From assembly GCA_032718475.1 (NCBI GenBank), contig JAUCBJ010004194.1, positions 17,907 through 81,906 on the forward strand: 64,000 bases of DNA, in the 5' to 3' direction. Shown in pieces: positions 36,664-49,964 of the stretch; positions within the stretch are counted from its first letter, which is position 1; every line of letters starts with the position of its first letter. Made by a program: the position numbers and the translations under genes. A model generated the notes under the pieces. The model was not told the DNA's origin and did no database searches. It was given only the letters and a program-made list of their open reading frames with translations. The stretch is from Nemertoderma westbladi (taxonomy: Eukaryota > Animalia > Xenacoelomorpha).

Positions 36664-37511
36664 CTATTTCGTGTGATACATGATACAATGTGAAATAAAT
36701 TCGAGGGCTTTGCACAAGTTAAGTTTATACGTACCTTCACGTGCTGCCTCAGTGGCCGCCCCTATCCGGAAGCTATGTGATTTGTAAACATTCGGAGATA
36801 AGTTAAGAAAATTGAAAACTTTGTTCATAATTGCAATGAACTGGGGGCGGTATATAGGCAAGCCGGAGGCCCAAATAAAAAATTGGCTGTGCTTGCTATT
36901 AGAAGGGCGTAATTTAATATATTCATAAACAGAAGAAATTGCAAGTTCTGATTTGTTTTTGTTTATGTGGACACGTACTGGGGTATATGGTGGTTTTTGG
37001 TATCTATAGCGTCTAATTGTGATCATAACATGATTAGGGGCCCATTCAACATCGCTAATGCTCAAAATCCATTTCCTCGGTTAACCTGGTGTTGGAGTAA
37101 ATTCTCCAACACGTAGGAAACCATAAAAAGCTACTAAAAACATACATTTAATTACGTATTGTGCATAAATACCTTGATGCGGTTTAGGATTGCTTTCGTA
37201 ATTGGTAAACGGGAATCTCCAACCATGTTATTTTTACCCAATCCAATCAGTGCCCTCGTAACCAAGAACGCCTTCGTTGGGTCAGCAATATTCAATAACC
37301 GATGTGGGAGAGCTATCGCAGACATGTGGTTAGAAATTGTGGATCTTGACAATTTCTGAGAGTCTAAATACGCAATGAAACATCCCAAAACAGTTGGGTC
37401 AAGTGGTAACACGAATGGGATGTTTAGAACATCTGCGACAAAACAGCGTAATTTCTCCCATATTCGAGTATACGAATTAAGAGTTGTTTCTTCCCATGAA
37501 TGCTCGATCAT
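36664..37511 (-). pseudogene. Tyrosine recombinase of the DIRS-like element (internally deleted)
   Basis: TLNSYTRIW, DSRLPIT, AFYGFLRVGE and YKSHSFRIGAAT motifs. Confidence 0.88.
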
Positions 37512-39216
37512 CTGTGTGTATCGAAGAATGAGTTCTGAGGTAGCATATGATGAGGAATTGCTGAGGGATACTTGTTGGCGGTTGGAGTGATGTCCATAAA
37601 CGATTCTACCTGCAAACGAGAAAGAAGATCTGAACGAACATTCATGACACCTGGTACATGATTTGAACGAAAAAGGATATTATGTTTCATTGTAAGAATA
37701 ACAAGTTTGCGTATAAGAACCATAATTAAGGATTCTTTGGAAGATTTTTTATTAAGAATGGAGACAAGTCCTTCATTGTCTGTCCTAAATATTATTCGCT
37801 TTCCCTTTAATTCAATACCCCAGATATGTATAGCCATTACGATAGGATAGAGCTCGAGGAGAGTAATATTTGTACACTCTTTCCACCTAGGAGGCCATTC
37901 TCCATAGAACCAATGATTACGGAAGATAGCAGCATATCCCTTCATTTTGGCTGCGTCAGTGTAAAGTTTCAATGTAGTATTGGAAGTCCAATGTCGATTG
38001 AGGAACATTGTACATCCGTTATAGTGTAACAGGAAGTTCTCCCAAGCTATGAGATCTGCTCGAGCCCATGCCTTAAATCTGATTCGGTGATGCATATGTG
38101 TAGCAGTCACGGAAAGCTGTATTAAACGTCTAAGAAAGGCTCTACCGGGAATAACAACCTGACAAGCAAAGTTTAGAAACCCAACAATAGCGAGCAAATC
38201 TCGTTTTGTAACCCACTTATTGTGTTTCATACTCTTAATAAGGCAAGACCCTTCTCTACTTTATCTTTCGGAACAACCATTTCATTTGTAAATAACTCGA
38301 TACCCAGAAAGGTAATGGTTTGGGATGGACCTTCGGTCTTATGAGAAGCTAGAGGGATGTTCGCTTTACTACAGAAATCTATAAAGATGCTGAGCTGTCT
38401 TCTGCATTCATCCTTATATCTCGCTGCCATCAGAAAATCATCTAGTATGTGTATTAAATTTGGTATTGAGAGCTTAGAACGACCTACCCATTGAATGGCA
38501 CTCGAGAATCTTTCAAAGATTTTGCAACTTGAGCTAGCTCCCATTTCCAGGCATTTATCATAATACCATTTATTGTTCCATACTGAACACATTAGATGAT
38601 AATCTAATTGCGATATAGGTATAAGTCTAAAGGCTGAACATATGTCAGTCTTTGCAAGATAACACCCTGAGCCTAATTCGATAATTATATTAATGGCATC
38701 TTCTACATGGTAGTATCTGCAGGTGGAGTCTTCATTTGAAATATTACTGTTCACTGAAAAGTCATTATATGGGGCAGAGAGATCGTGAATTAAACGAAAT
38801 TCTGAAGGAGTCTTTTTTGGTCTCACTGATAATGGGTTAACATGGCAGACTAGGAAGGGCTGGTCGTCGAATGGCCCAGCCATACGACCAGCTTTTATTT
38901 CATTTTCAAGTTTTTGTGTGACAACATTGGGATTGTTTATGGCAGACAATGAATTCCTGGTATAAGTAGAAACATTAGGCCCATTATAATCTAAACGAAA
39001 TCCATCAGTAAAACCAAAGTCTAGATAGGAGAAATCAGTAGGATTATAACCCGAGAGATAACTCTTTAGTACGTCCCATTTAATTGGTGTGGGGAGTTTG
39101 GAGGATTGGTCGACGGTTTGTACCACCTTGCGCATTATGGTACCTTCCCGTATTCCTGAATGCGGGCATTCTCCGATCCATTCCCCGTCTTTGATAGGGT
39201 GCACCTGCAGCTGCAC
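37508..39216 (-). pseudogene. RT + RNase H of the DIRS-like element (one frameshift near 38230)
   Basis: FRLIHDLS, KTDICSAFRLIP, MGASSS, HILDDFL, FLGIE; RNase H LYTDAA, ELYPI, TDN, DLLSR. Confidence 0.9.
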
Positions 39217-40156
39217 GTCCTCTATACGATGGACCGGATCTTTGAAAGGGCTGTTTAGTAATTACATCAGTAATTGGTTGGGTACACTTCATAAGACGGT
39301 GTGTCCCACCACCTTTAGGACAAGTGTGATTATAATCACAATATATACATTTATCTCCCTTATGGTAGGCATGGCAGTATCCGGTTGGAATGGACATACG
39401 GCCAGTTTTTGTGGCAGTAGCTGCCATTGCGAGCTCCTGTATAGGGTTGCCCCAGTAGTACTTCGATGGGTTGTTCTGCTTACAACGCCGGAACTTCTCG
39501 TCATAGAGTAGCCATGATCCACCATTATCCTTGATGTCTTTAAGGATTGCTGGATATTTCTTCAGCTTCCTACTTTCTTGTGGGAATTTGTCTTCATAAA
39601 TAGCGGAGAAGATATTCCAAGCAAGTAGGCATTGTTCGAATGAGGTTATTTCATTAACACCATTATCTTCCTCGAAAACAAATGTTGACTGTTGACTTGG
39701 GTGCTCAGTGGCAGATGTTAAGATAGGAAATCGTCGTTTTGATTTTACCGCTACTGGGTCACTCAACAATGATGCGAGATCTATAAATTTATGATTCCAG
39801 ATCTTCTCCTTTATATCTAAAGGGACATATGCATCTACCTCTACAAAAGAGCTACACTTACCTGCTAAGGATGTCGACAATGACTGCTCAGCTGCAGGGA
39901 AAGTATCAGGCACCTGCGAAAAGTTGGATGTTGACACTGCAGGACATGCAGGTAGTGTAAGGGTTGTTGGTACTGGTACACCGACTGGTGCCGTAAGTGT
40001 AGGAGGAGTAATAACTGAAGCAGCATGAATTGGTGGTGAGGTGTGATGAGTAGAAGCTGGTGTTAGACCTAACCCGGACATGTTAGATGGAGGTGCTAGC
40101 CCAGAGACTGGGTGTCCAGGTGGAATGGCTCCAGGAAAAACGGGTGGCATACCCAT
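39080..40156 (-). CDS. Gag-like ORF of the DIRS-like element (5'-truncated)
   Basis: KEKIWNHKFIDLASLL, WLLYDEKFR and a C-terminal Cys/His cluster (CHAYHKGDKCIYCDYNHTC). Confidence 0.75.
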   Translation of the reverse strand: MGMPPVFPGAIPPGHPVSGLAPPSNMSGLGLTPASTHHTSPPIHAASVITPPTLTAPVGVPVPTTLTLPACPAVSTSNFSQVPDTFPAAEQSLSTSLAGKCSSFVEVDAYVPLDIKEKIWNHKFIDLASLLSDPVAVKSKRRFPILTSATEHPSQQSTFVFEEDNGVNEITSFEQCLLAWNIFSAIYEDKFPQESRKLKKYPAILKDIKDNGGSWLLYDEKFRRCKQNNPSKYYWGNPIQELAMAATATKTGRMSIPTGYCHAYHKGDKCIYCDYNHTCPKGGGTHRLMKCTQPITDVITKQPFQRSGPSYRGRAAAGAPYQRRGMDRRMPAFRNTGRYHNAQGGTNRRPILQTPHTN

Positions 40157-40366
40157 CCAGTAAGGGTTTGTGATTGGGGTATGACCACTTTGGCCCTAAC
40201 TGAATGTATTGGGGTTGGGGAAGGATTGCGGATAATAAAAGGGCATGTATGGGTTCCACTGAGGAAAGCTCTGCTGTATTTGTGGATTAACAGTAAATTC
40301 TGTAGTGGTAGATGGCAAAGGAGCTGTTGGGCCGCCACCGAGTATATGAGAAAATGATCAAAAAAA

Positions 40367-43300
40367 GAGAAAATAATCAAACATACTGTATAGATATTCA
40401 TTGATACTGGCCATAATACAAATATTCTATCCTGCTATTATTATTTTTTCTTTTACATTCAGTAATTTATTGCATTTGTGTATACTTTATTGTCCATTTT
40501 CTTTTTTGATAGAGGGTTATGGCCCCCTGCGCCAGTATATTTAATATTTGATTAATTCATTTGTGAATTTATCATCTTGTTTCTTTCTTGTAATAAATAT
40601 AATAATAAATAACATAATAATAATAATAAAGTAGGAGCAGAGTTCGTTGGAGTCTAAAGGGTTAAAGTGGTCACGTGATGCACATAATCGGCAACGTTTC
40701 CTAGAAATGTAATTGGCATGCCGATAATCACATGCCGTGAGACGTTGTGGACCTTGATACCATTCCAACACATAATCGTTATCACTACTCCTGGGTGTTA
40801 TGGGTTGAATTTCTTCAGATTCTAAGCAAATTGGTTCTTCTTCAACTTGCAGAGCTTCGACGGATGTAGCCATTTTCTCTAGGGAACCCACCGTTTGAAC
40901 TTCCACAATAGAGTATCCTGTGGGGATTCTAGGTCTTTGCATAACAGATAAATGTAGATATCGCGCGAAATAATAATAAAATAATTATTCTACTTTGTGC
41001 TAGTTTGTTTAATATATTATGTCATACTTTTTATAGCTAAAAATGCAATATCTAAAAATTATTAAAAGCACCTCTTGTGAAAAGACCCATTAAAAAAAAA
41101 TTATTGAGGTCGCTGATTATGATTAAATGATTTAATATATTTCTGGTAATTAAAACAACATTTTTAGCGCCAATCTGGTGCCCCAGAACGAAAAGTACAC
41201 TAAGAAAATATTTTATTCTGTTAAATTTTGCTTTTGGTTTGGTTATTCCTAAGCTATAATGGTTTTAAAGGCCGCAGGCCTACAACTCTTTAAAAATAAT
41301 TCGTGGTAACCATCGTTTTTGGTGCTTGTCTGGTGGGTCAAACAAAAAAAATAGGATGAGATTTCAAATCGCAAATATTGAATTTGGTAGGAAATATAAT
41401 ATTTTTCAGTGTCACATTCATGATCAGCATCTCAGAAAACCCATAATGTCGTGTCATATTCAAAAAACCAGTAATGATTTTTGATATCAAATTTGTGCTA
41501 CAAGGTGCGATATTTTTCAGTGTCATTTTCGTGATCATCATCCCTAACAGTCCCTGTCACCATTATGTTAGGTCTCCCAGTATCCAATTTGCCGGGTGTC
41601 CCAGTCACCAGTACTGCATCAGCTCCAGATCTTCAACCCACCAGAGACCACACACCTTTCGGATAAAAGGTTCGGGTTAGGGAAACGGGCCAATCGCAAG
41701 CCGGCTGGGGATGATAAAGATAACACTGTCCGAATCTTCACACGGATAATGCTGGAGGGGAAGGTCCACAGTGCAGTGCTTTGGATGACGAGACGAGAGA
41801 GTGGGGGCTTGTTACACCCACACACCAAGGTCGAAATAGAAGGACAAAAGGTCAATGTCCTGTAGATCCTGCGGGCCAAGCAGCCCCCTGCAGCTCCACC
41901 CCCTCAGAATCTTTACTCCAACCAGAATATGAACTCCCAGTTCGCGTGGACACAGATGTTACAGCCTCCCACACAAGTCCGCTTCTCATAGATTGCATGG
42001 ACGCGCCAGGCCAGCTGGTTCAAACTCAACCCGCTGGAGCAACTACCTCCTCCGGTATGGTGACCATAGCCCATAGCATTCACGATGCGATTGCAGGGGT
42101 GGCGCGGTCCCTGGCCAACACCATTGTTCCGTGGATTCGGTGTGCACCCTGATGTTGTGTCGGCTGATAGCACTGGACATTTTGGACAAGTGCCCAGGAG
42201 TCTATCCAATTGGCATCGGGGAGTGTTTGCGTTGGATTCTCGGCTGATCTATGGCCGAAGCGATGGGGGATGAGTGGTGCAGAACATCTTTCCACTGGCA
42301 CATCCGCTGGGGTCGAGGCTGCTGTCCACACGATGGCAGAACTGTTAGAGGAGCGGAGTGAGGATGGGTGGGGGGTTCTACTCATAGATGCAACAAACTC
42401 GTTTAATTCTTTAAACCAGACAGCCACGTTATGGAACGCACGCCAGTTGTGGCCCAGATGCTCCCTGTTTCTTTATAATTGTTACAGGGGGTACAGTATC
42501 CTAACTGTTCATGGGACCAACGAAGTTCTCTTTAACGAGGAAGGAACCACTCAGGGCGACCCCCTAGCTATGCTAGAGAATTCCATAGGAATCCGCCTCC
42601 AGAAGCCTCCTCAACTGCAAAACTGGTTCGCAGACGATTTGGCTGTGGCTGGTAAACTCGACCTAGTACTCGAGTGATTCCTTGAACTCCAGCGATACGA
42701 CCTAACCCTCAGCTCCTTTCCCGATCCCACAAAAAGCTACCTGGTGGTAGCTCCTTTCTTTTGAGGAGGCTCGGAATGTTTTCACAGGCCGGTATATGAA
42801 CATTGTCTCCAGCCATCGATTCCTCAGCGGTTTCCTTGAGGGTTCTGAAGAGAGGACAACCTACATCCGGACCAAAGTCGCAGCATGGGTAAAGTCAGTA
42901 GATTGTCTAGCTGAGACGGCGGAGGCCCAGCCCCAAGCCGCATTCGCCGCCATGGTATGCTCCCTCCAGCGGGAGTGGGCATATCTACAGAGAGTAACTC
43001 GGGACTGTGGCGAGGAGTACAAGGTGCTGGATGGAGCGCTAGCGGAGTGGTTTCTACCCGCTGTCATTGGTGGCAAAATATCCCCAGCAGAGCGCAGTTT
43101 ATTCACGCTCTCCCCCCGCAATGCAGGATTAGGTCTGAGAAATCCAGTAACAGAGGCTGCCTTTTCGTACTTGGTTTCATGGGCAGGAATGAGGTCTCTA
43201 ACTGAGTCAATTCTGGGAGATCGTGTGTTCTCTCTAACAGAACACATTTGCTGCATACAGCAGGCACAGAAAGGGGGAAGGGGGTTGGGAGCAGCAGCTG

Positions 43301-43963
43301 GTAAGGGAGAAGGACAGTTTAGTAAGGTGCTGGAGGATCTATTGCCAGATCGATGATGGGTAGTAAAACAAGCCGCCGATTTCTGCATGAGCAGTTGGAT
43401 ATCCTCCCCCCCTCTTGCCTACCACCAACTCGATCTTTCCCCACTTGAATTCAGAGACGCACTCACAATCCACTACGGCTGCCCCTTGGCGTCGGTGCCA
43501 AGCCAAGTGCGATGGATGCGGGGCCTTCTTTGATTTAAAAAACGGTTTAAATTGTAAAAAAGGTGGCCTCGTTATCCAGCGACACAACGAACTCCGGGAC
43601 ATTGTCGACGACCTTGTATCTTGTGCTTTCAGGCTGCGTAATGATGTCTGCGAACCAGTAGTCCGGGAGGGCCACAGGGTAGATGGGGCTGCAGGTCTTT
43701 GGTGCAACATAGGTATTTGGGGTGCATTAAACCCACAGATTCAGGCATTGTTAAACATTAGGGTTGTAAACATTGACGCCAAGTCATATGTGGGTCGCAC
43801 CCTGATGTCTGTACTTGAGTCGGCCGTTTCTGAAAGCTGAGGACTTCATGAATTCATTTAAACAACTGGGAGAGATGTTAGAGTAAGTGCTTAGCCAATT
43901 TTAGGCTTAAAAGCGCTGTCCCTCCTGTAATTACCCATACAGACGGGACACTTTGGGACAAAA
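40367..43963 (+). repeat. Left arm of a ~3.6-kb inverted repeat
   Basis: Reverse complement of 45912-49507 along its length, with mirrored ORFs and scattered substitutions or indels. Confidence 0.97.
41680..43840 (+). pseudogene. Decayed CRE-like RLE retrotransposon (RT + RLE) in the left arm
   Basis: PIGIGE, AGVEAAVH, DATNSFNSLN, EGTTQGDPLAM, WFADD, QPQAAFAA and CDGC..C..GGLVIQRHNELRD. Confidence 0.85.
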
Positions 43964-44269
43964 CACCCTGTAATAGACATTGAATCCAAGGTAAAATCCT
44001 TTAAAAGATGGAAAGACAGACACTGTAAGGGATAAAAAAAGTAAACTTGTAGAACCCTTTTCAGTTTAACATACAATATAGTTTTATAGTATAATCAAAA
44101 CTATCGAATAAAAAATATTGGAATGATTGAATTAAGTGAATCATCGAATTATAATTTGCAATTATTGTTTAGAATTATCGGTACCCCGGTATATTAGAGT
44201 GAAATGTTTTGATATAGTTATCATATAACATTATAATGCAGAGTTTAAAGGGTAGACACCGGAGTTCCC

Positions 44270-45911
44270 GTCAGTTTATTTAAAAGATGTCGAGATCGTC
44301 GAATCCTTCCCCTTCCTCAATCGCGAATCCCCTAAATGGTTCGTGGTCCAAGTGAGCAGTCTTACCATGCTTGAAGCAGGTCAGCTCACAATCACCACCA
44401 CATGATGTATTCATTAAGACTACGTTATCGTCGCCGCAAAACAAAATCTCATGGGCCTTCCCAATTCCTACCACTTTGCAATTGGATCCAGTTTCTTTTG
44501 GGTGGCTTCAATATCGGCCGTTTCGAATGTGATACATTTAATTGTTACCCGTTGGATCACTAGTTGTACCAAGGTATTAAAATCCGGTGTAGCACTGAGT
44601 ACATTCATTCCTATCACTTTATCTAAAGTACGTTTAATTGTTGCACCCACGCCATCAGCAGGGCTCTTCCCATGTCCACTTTCTGTATAAATCCAGCGTA
44701 GAGAGATATCATTAAACTTAGCATAGTCATTAAATAGGTGTACAACGAACCTATTTCTATATTGATTGGATGGAGTCTGAAACGATGACCACGTGTTTAA
44801 CATCATCACACTTAATTCAGTCGAGTAACTTTGAGACACTGCATACACTGCTGCTGCACGATGATCGGTGTTTTTGCTAATTGCAGCAAAACTTTCGGTC
44901 GATGCACCAGCAGATCCCTTCCAGACAACGAAACAATGTATCGAGATTGATTCTTGCTGATAGTATGCGGAATGGATCTCTTGAGGTCTAGGGACTTTAA
45001 AATTTTTGCTCTAATCCATTTGAAGTATCAAGGTATCATTCGCTCGCTTAGCTTTGGCCAGTTTAATGGCTTTGAATTGAGTTACGAACCTATCAATATG
45101 CTCTTTAAGTGCGGTTAGCTGTTCTTTCACTAGCGGAATAAATTGTCTAACAGGAAGTTGTCATTCAACTTTTCGATGAACTTTAATATTATTCTCATCA
45201 GTTACATGCATCGACATTTGGACCTTTATCTGAGTCAATTGGTTGACGATAATGATATCCAAAGTGCTGTAATCGCCATGAAGAGCTAAAGTGTCTGGCC
45301 CTCACTGATGGTGAGACCAACTTAGCTTTTATTAGCGCCTCTATCATAAGTTGTGGGTTCGTACATTGAAGACACATACACGTTCCCTAATCAGTTGCCT
45401 TAGGCTGGATTACATCGGAAGGCCAGTACTTACAAAAAACACTGTAAGAGCATGTATTCTCGGTTTCTTCCTCAAATTGGACGTGATAAATCTTTTTAAA
45501 ATCCATATGATACCTCAAAGGCACCTTATTGGTGGCAACTCCCACCTTTCCTGCAATCGAAAGGACATACTCTAGAAACATTGTCCTACCTGGCAAATGC
45601 CTCTATTGATTCCCGCAATGTTTTTTCGTCGTTAGATGTATTGGTTGTATCGGTACTTACCGGATCTCTAAACCGCAATCGACAACCAAGCCGGCGCATG
45701 TTGCTATGAGTACTCGATGACACTGTCTGTGAAATCTTTTTCTTTGTTCGGGGAGTCAAAGAATGAAGTTCCGACAGATTTTCAGCTACAGAAACTTTAC
45801 TTGGACTCTGTTTCTTAAAGAATTTCAACAAGCTTCTTGTTTTTTCGGGTTAGAATATTGTTAGCTGCCAAGGCTTGGTTAAGTTTCACATGCAATCTTT
45901 GTATTCGAACT
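44270..45911 (-). pseudogene. Decayed DDE transposase, Sola2-like, in the palindrome spacer
   Basis: Broken frames read LQMD*SKNF..QEIHSAYY..SIH, TDHRAAAV, VSDS/PSNQYRNR and ESGHGKSPADGVGATIKR. The superfamily call is from motif recall only. Confidence 0.65.
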
Positions 45912-48900
45912 TTTTGTCCCAAAGTGTCCCGTCTGTATGGGTAATTACAGGAGGGACAGCGCTTTTAAGCCTAAAATTGGCTAAGCACTTACTCTAACAT
46001 CTCTCCCAGTTGTTTAAATGAATTCATGAAGTCCTCAGCTTTCAGAAATGGCCGACTCAAGTACAGACATCAGGGTGCGACCCACATATGACTCGGCGTC
46101 AATGTTTACAACCCTAATGTTTAACAATGCCTGAGTCTGTGGGTTTAATGCACCCCAAATACCTATGTTGCACCAAAGACCTGCAGCCCCATCTACCCTG
46201 TGGCCCTCCCGGACTACTGGTTCGCAGACATCATTACGCAGCCTGAAAGCACAAGATACAAGGTCGTCGACAATGTCCCGAAGTTCGTTGTGTTGCTGGA
46301 TAACGAGGCCCGCCTTTTTTACAATTTAAACCGTTTTTTAAATCAAAGAAGGCCCCGCATCCATCGCACTGGTTTGGCACCGACGCCAAGGGGCAGCCGT
46401 AGTGGATTGTGAGTGCGTCTCTGAACTCAAGTGGGGAAAGATCGAGTTGGTGGTAGGCAAGAGGGAGGGAGGATATCCAACTGCTCATGCAGAAATCGGC
46501 GGCTTGTTTTACTACCCATCATCGATCTGGCAATAGATCCTCCAGCACCTTACTAAACTGTCCTTCTCCCTTACCAGCTGCTGCTCCCAACCCCCTCCCC
46601 CCTTTCTGTGCCTGCTGTATGCAGCAAATGTGTTCTGTTAGAGAGAACACACGATCTCCCAGAATTGACTCAGTTAGAGACCTCATTCCTGCCCATGAAA
46701 CCAAGTACGAAAAGGCAGCCTCTGTTACTGGATTTCTCAGACCTAATCCTGCATTGCGGGGGGAGAGCGTGAATAAACTGCGCTCTGCTGGGGATATTTT
46801 GCCACCAATGACAGCGGGTAGAAACCACTCCGCTAGCGCTCCATCCAGCACCTTGTACTCCTCGCCACAGTCCCGAGTTACTCTCTGTAGGTATGCCCAC
46901 TCCCGCTGGAGGGAGCATACCATGGCGGCGAATGCGGCTTGGGGCTGGGCCTCCGCCGTCTCAGCTAGACAATCTACTGACTTTACCCATGCTGCGACCT
47001 TGGTCCGGATGTAGGTTGTCCTCTCTTCAGAACCCTCAAGGAAACCGCTGAGGAATCGATGGCTGGAGACAATGTTCATATACCGGCCTGTGAAAACATT
47101 CCGAGCCTCCTCAAAAGAAAGGAGCTACCACCAGGTAGCTTTTTGTGGGATCGGGAAAGTAGCTGAGGGTTAGGTCGTATCGCTGGAGTTCAAGGAATCA
47201 CTTGAGTACTAGATCGAGTTTACCAGCCACAGCCGAATCGTCTGCGAACCAGTTTTGCAGTTGAGGAGGCTTCTGGAGGCGGATTCCTATGGAATTCTCT
47301 AGCATAGCTAGGGGGTCGCCCTGAGTGGTTCCTTCCTCGTTAAAAAGAACTTCGTTGGTCCCACGAACAGTTAGGATACTGTGCCCCCTGTAACAAGTAT
47401 AAAGAAACAGGGAGCATCTGGGCCACAACTGGCGTGCGTTCCATAACGTGGCTGTCTGGTTTAAAGAATTAAACGAGTTTGTTGCATCTACGAGTAGAAC
47501 CCCCCACCCGTCCTCATTCCGCTCCTCGAACAGTTCTGCCATCGTGTGGACAGCAGCCTCGACCCCAGCGGATGTGCCAGTGGAAAGATGTTCTGCACCA
47601 CTCATCCCCATCGCTTCAGCCATAGATCAGCCGAGAATCCAACGCAAACACTCCCCGATGCCAATTGGACAGACTCCTGGGCACTTGTCCAAAATGTCCA
47701 GTGCTATCAGCCGATACAACATCAGGGTGCACACCAAATCCCACGGAACAATGGTGTTGGCCAGGGACCGCGCCACCCCTGCAATCGCATCGCGAATGCT
47801 AAGGGCTATGGGCACCATACTGGAGGAGGTAGTTGCTCCAGCGGGTTGAGTTTGAACCAGCTGGCCTGGCGCGTCCATGCAATCTATGAGAAGCGGACTC
47901 ATGTGGGAGGCTGTAACATCTGTGTCCACTCGAACTGGGAGTTCATATTCTGGTTGGAGTAAAGATTCTGAGGGGGTGGAGCTGCAGGGGGCTGCTTGGC
48001 CCGCAGGATCTACAGGACATTGACCTTTTGTCCTTCTATTTCGACCTTGATGTGTGGGTGTAACAAGCCCCCACTCTCTCGTCTCGTCATCCAAAGCACT
48101 GCACTGTGGACCTTCCCCTCCAGCATTAGCCGTGTGAAGATTCGGACAGTGTTATCTTTATCATCCCCAGCCGGCTTGCGATTGGCCCGTTTCCCTAACC
48201 CGAACCTTTTATCCGAAAGGTGTGTGGTCTCTGGTGGGTTGAAGATCTGGAGCTGATGCAGTACTGGTGACTGGGACACCCGGCAAATTGGATAATGGGA
48301 GACCCAACATAATGGTGACACGGACTGTTAGGGATGATGATCACGAATATGACACTGAAAAATATCGCACCTTGTAGCACAAATTTGATATCAAAAATCA
48401 TTACTGGTTTTTTGAATATGACACGACATTATGGGTTTTCTGAGATGCTGATCATGAATGTGACACTGAAAAATATTCATTTCCTACCAAATTCAATATT
48501 TGCGATTTGAAATCTCATCCTACTTTTTTTGTTCGACCCACCAGACAAGCACCAAAAACGATGGTTACCACGAATTATTTTTAAAGAGTTGTAGGCCTGC
48601 GGCCTTTAAAACCATTATAGCTTAGGAATAACCAAACCAAAAGCAAAATTTAACAGAATAAAATATTTTCTTCGTGTACTTTTCGTTCTGGGGCACCAGA
48701 TTGGCACTAAAAATGTTGTTTTAATTACCAGAAATATATTAAATCATTTAATCATAATCAGCGACCTCAATAATTTTTTTTTAGTGGGTCTTTTCACAAG
48801 AGGTGCTTTTAATATTTTTTAGATATTGCATTTTTAGCTATAAAAAGTATGACATAATATATTAAACAAACTAGCACAAAGTAGAATAATTATTTTATTA

Positions 48901-49507
48901 TTATTTCGCGCGATATCTACATTCATCTGTGATGCAAAGACCTAGAATCCCCACAGGATACTCTATTGTGGAAGTTCAAACGGTGGGTTCCCTAGAGAAA
49001 ATGGCTACATCCGTCGAAGCTCTGCAAGTTGAAGAAGAACCAATTTGCTTAGAATCTGAAGAAATTCAACCCATAACACCCAGGAGTAGTGATAACGATT
49101 ATGTGTTGGAATGGTATCAAGGTCCACAACGTCTCACGGCATGTGATTATCGGCATGCCAATTACATTTCTAGGAAACGTTGCCGATTATGTGCATCACG
49201 TGACCACTTTAACCCTTTAGACTCCAACGAACTCTGCTCCTACTTTATTATTATTATTATGTTATTTATTATTATATTTATTACAAGAAAGAAACAAGAT
49301 GATAAATTCACAAATGAATTAATCAAATATTAAATATACTGGCGCAGGGGGCCATAACCCTCTATCAAAAAAGAAAATGGACAATAAAGTATACACAAAT
49401 GCAATAAATTACTGAATGTAAAAGAAAAAATAATAATAGCAGGATAGAATATTTGTATTATGGCCAGTATCAATGAATATCTATACAGTATGTTTGATTA
49501 TTTTCTC
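45912..49507 (-). repeat. Right arm of the ~3.6-kb inverted repeat
   Basis: Mirror of 40367-43963; ends ...TGATTATTTTCTC at 49507. Confidence 0.97.
46035..48195 (-). pseudogene. Mirror copy of the decayed CRE-like retrotransposon
   Basis: Same motifs as the left copy, and most of the same disabling lesions. Confidence 0.85.
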
Positions 49508-49964
49508 AGGGTTTAAATTTACGAATATTGTTATATGGCAGGAGGACAGTATGATAGCTGAGCTAGTGAACTACTGTCCCCCTAGAGAGGTGGAGCACAT
49601 GGAATGGGGGGGGGGGGGGGTGGGGGGGGTCTTACGAGTGCTGCGATTGATTTTCTAAGTATGTAAAATTGGCTGCCTGTGAGAAAATGAGATACTAATA
49701 TTTACATTTAAATTATAATTAGATTTAAATTCCAATTGCTGTCATGCCTACTTGATGCTGTTTGTCATGAGAGAATTTTAATCTTGCTATGTAATTTCGA
49801 GTTGAAAATGCTACCATTATCGCTACCACTATTTATGTATATAAGTATAATTTTAACAAATTTTAAAATTAGTGAAAAAAGTTAAAACGAATAGTGAATA
49901 AAGTAAAAACCAGTGAAAATATGAACAGATTACGGATTGAGATATAAATGTTTTACTGTTTTAA

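Larger units (their letters stand above)
36560..40366 (-). mobile_element. Tyrosine-recombinase retrotransposon (DIRS/Ngaro group), 5'-truncated and decayed
   Basis: Overlapping gag-like, RT/RNase H and YR frames in the canonical order. I found no terminal repeats. Confidence 0.88.

Noticed and set aside
40367-49507. Palindrome as a simple fold-back read artefact
   Set aside because: The arms differ by many substitutions and enclose a unique 1.9-kb spacer. A haplotype mis-join cannot be excluded without reads.
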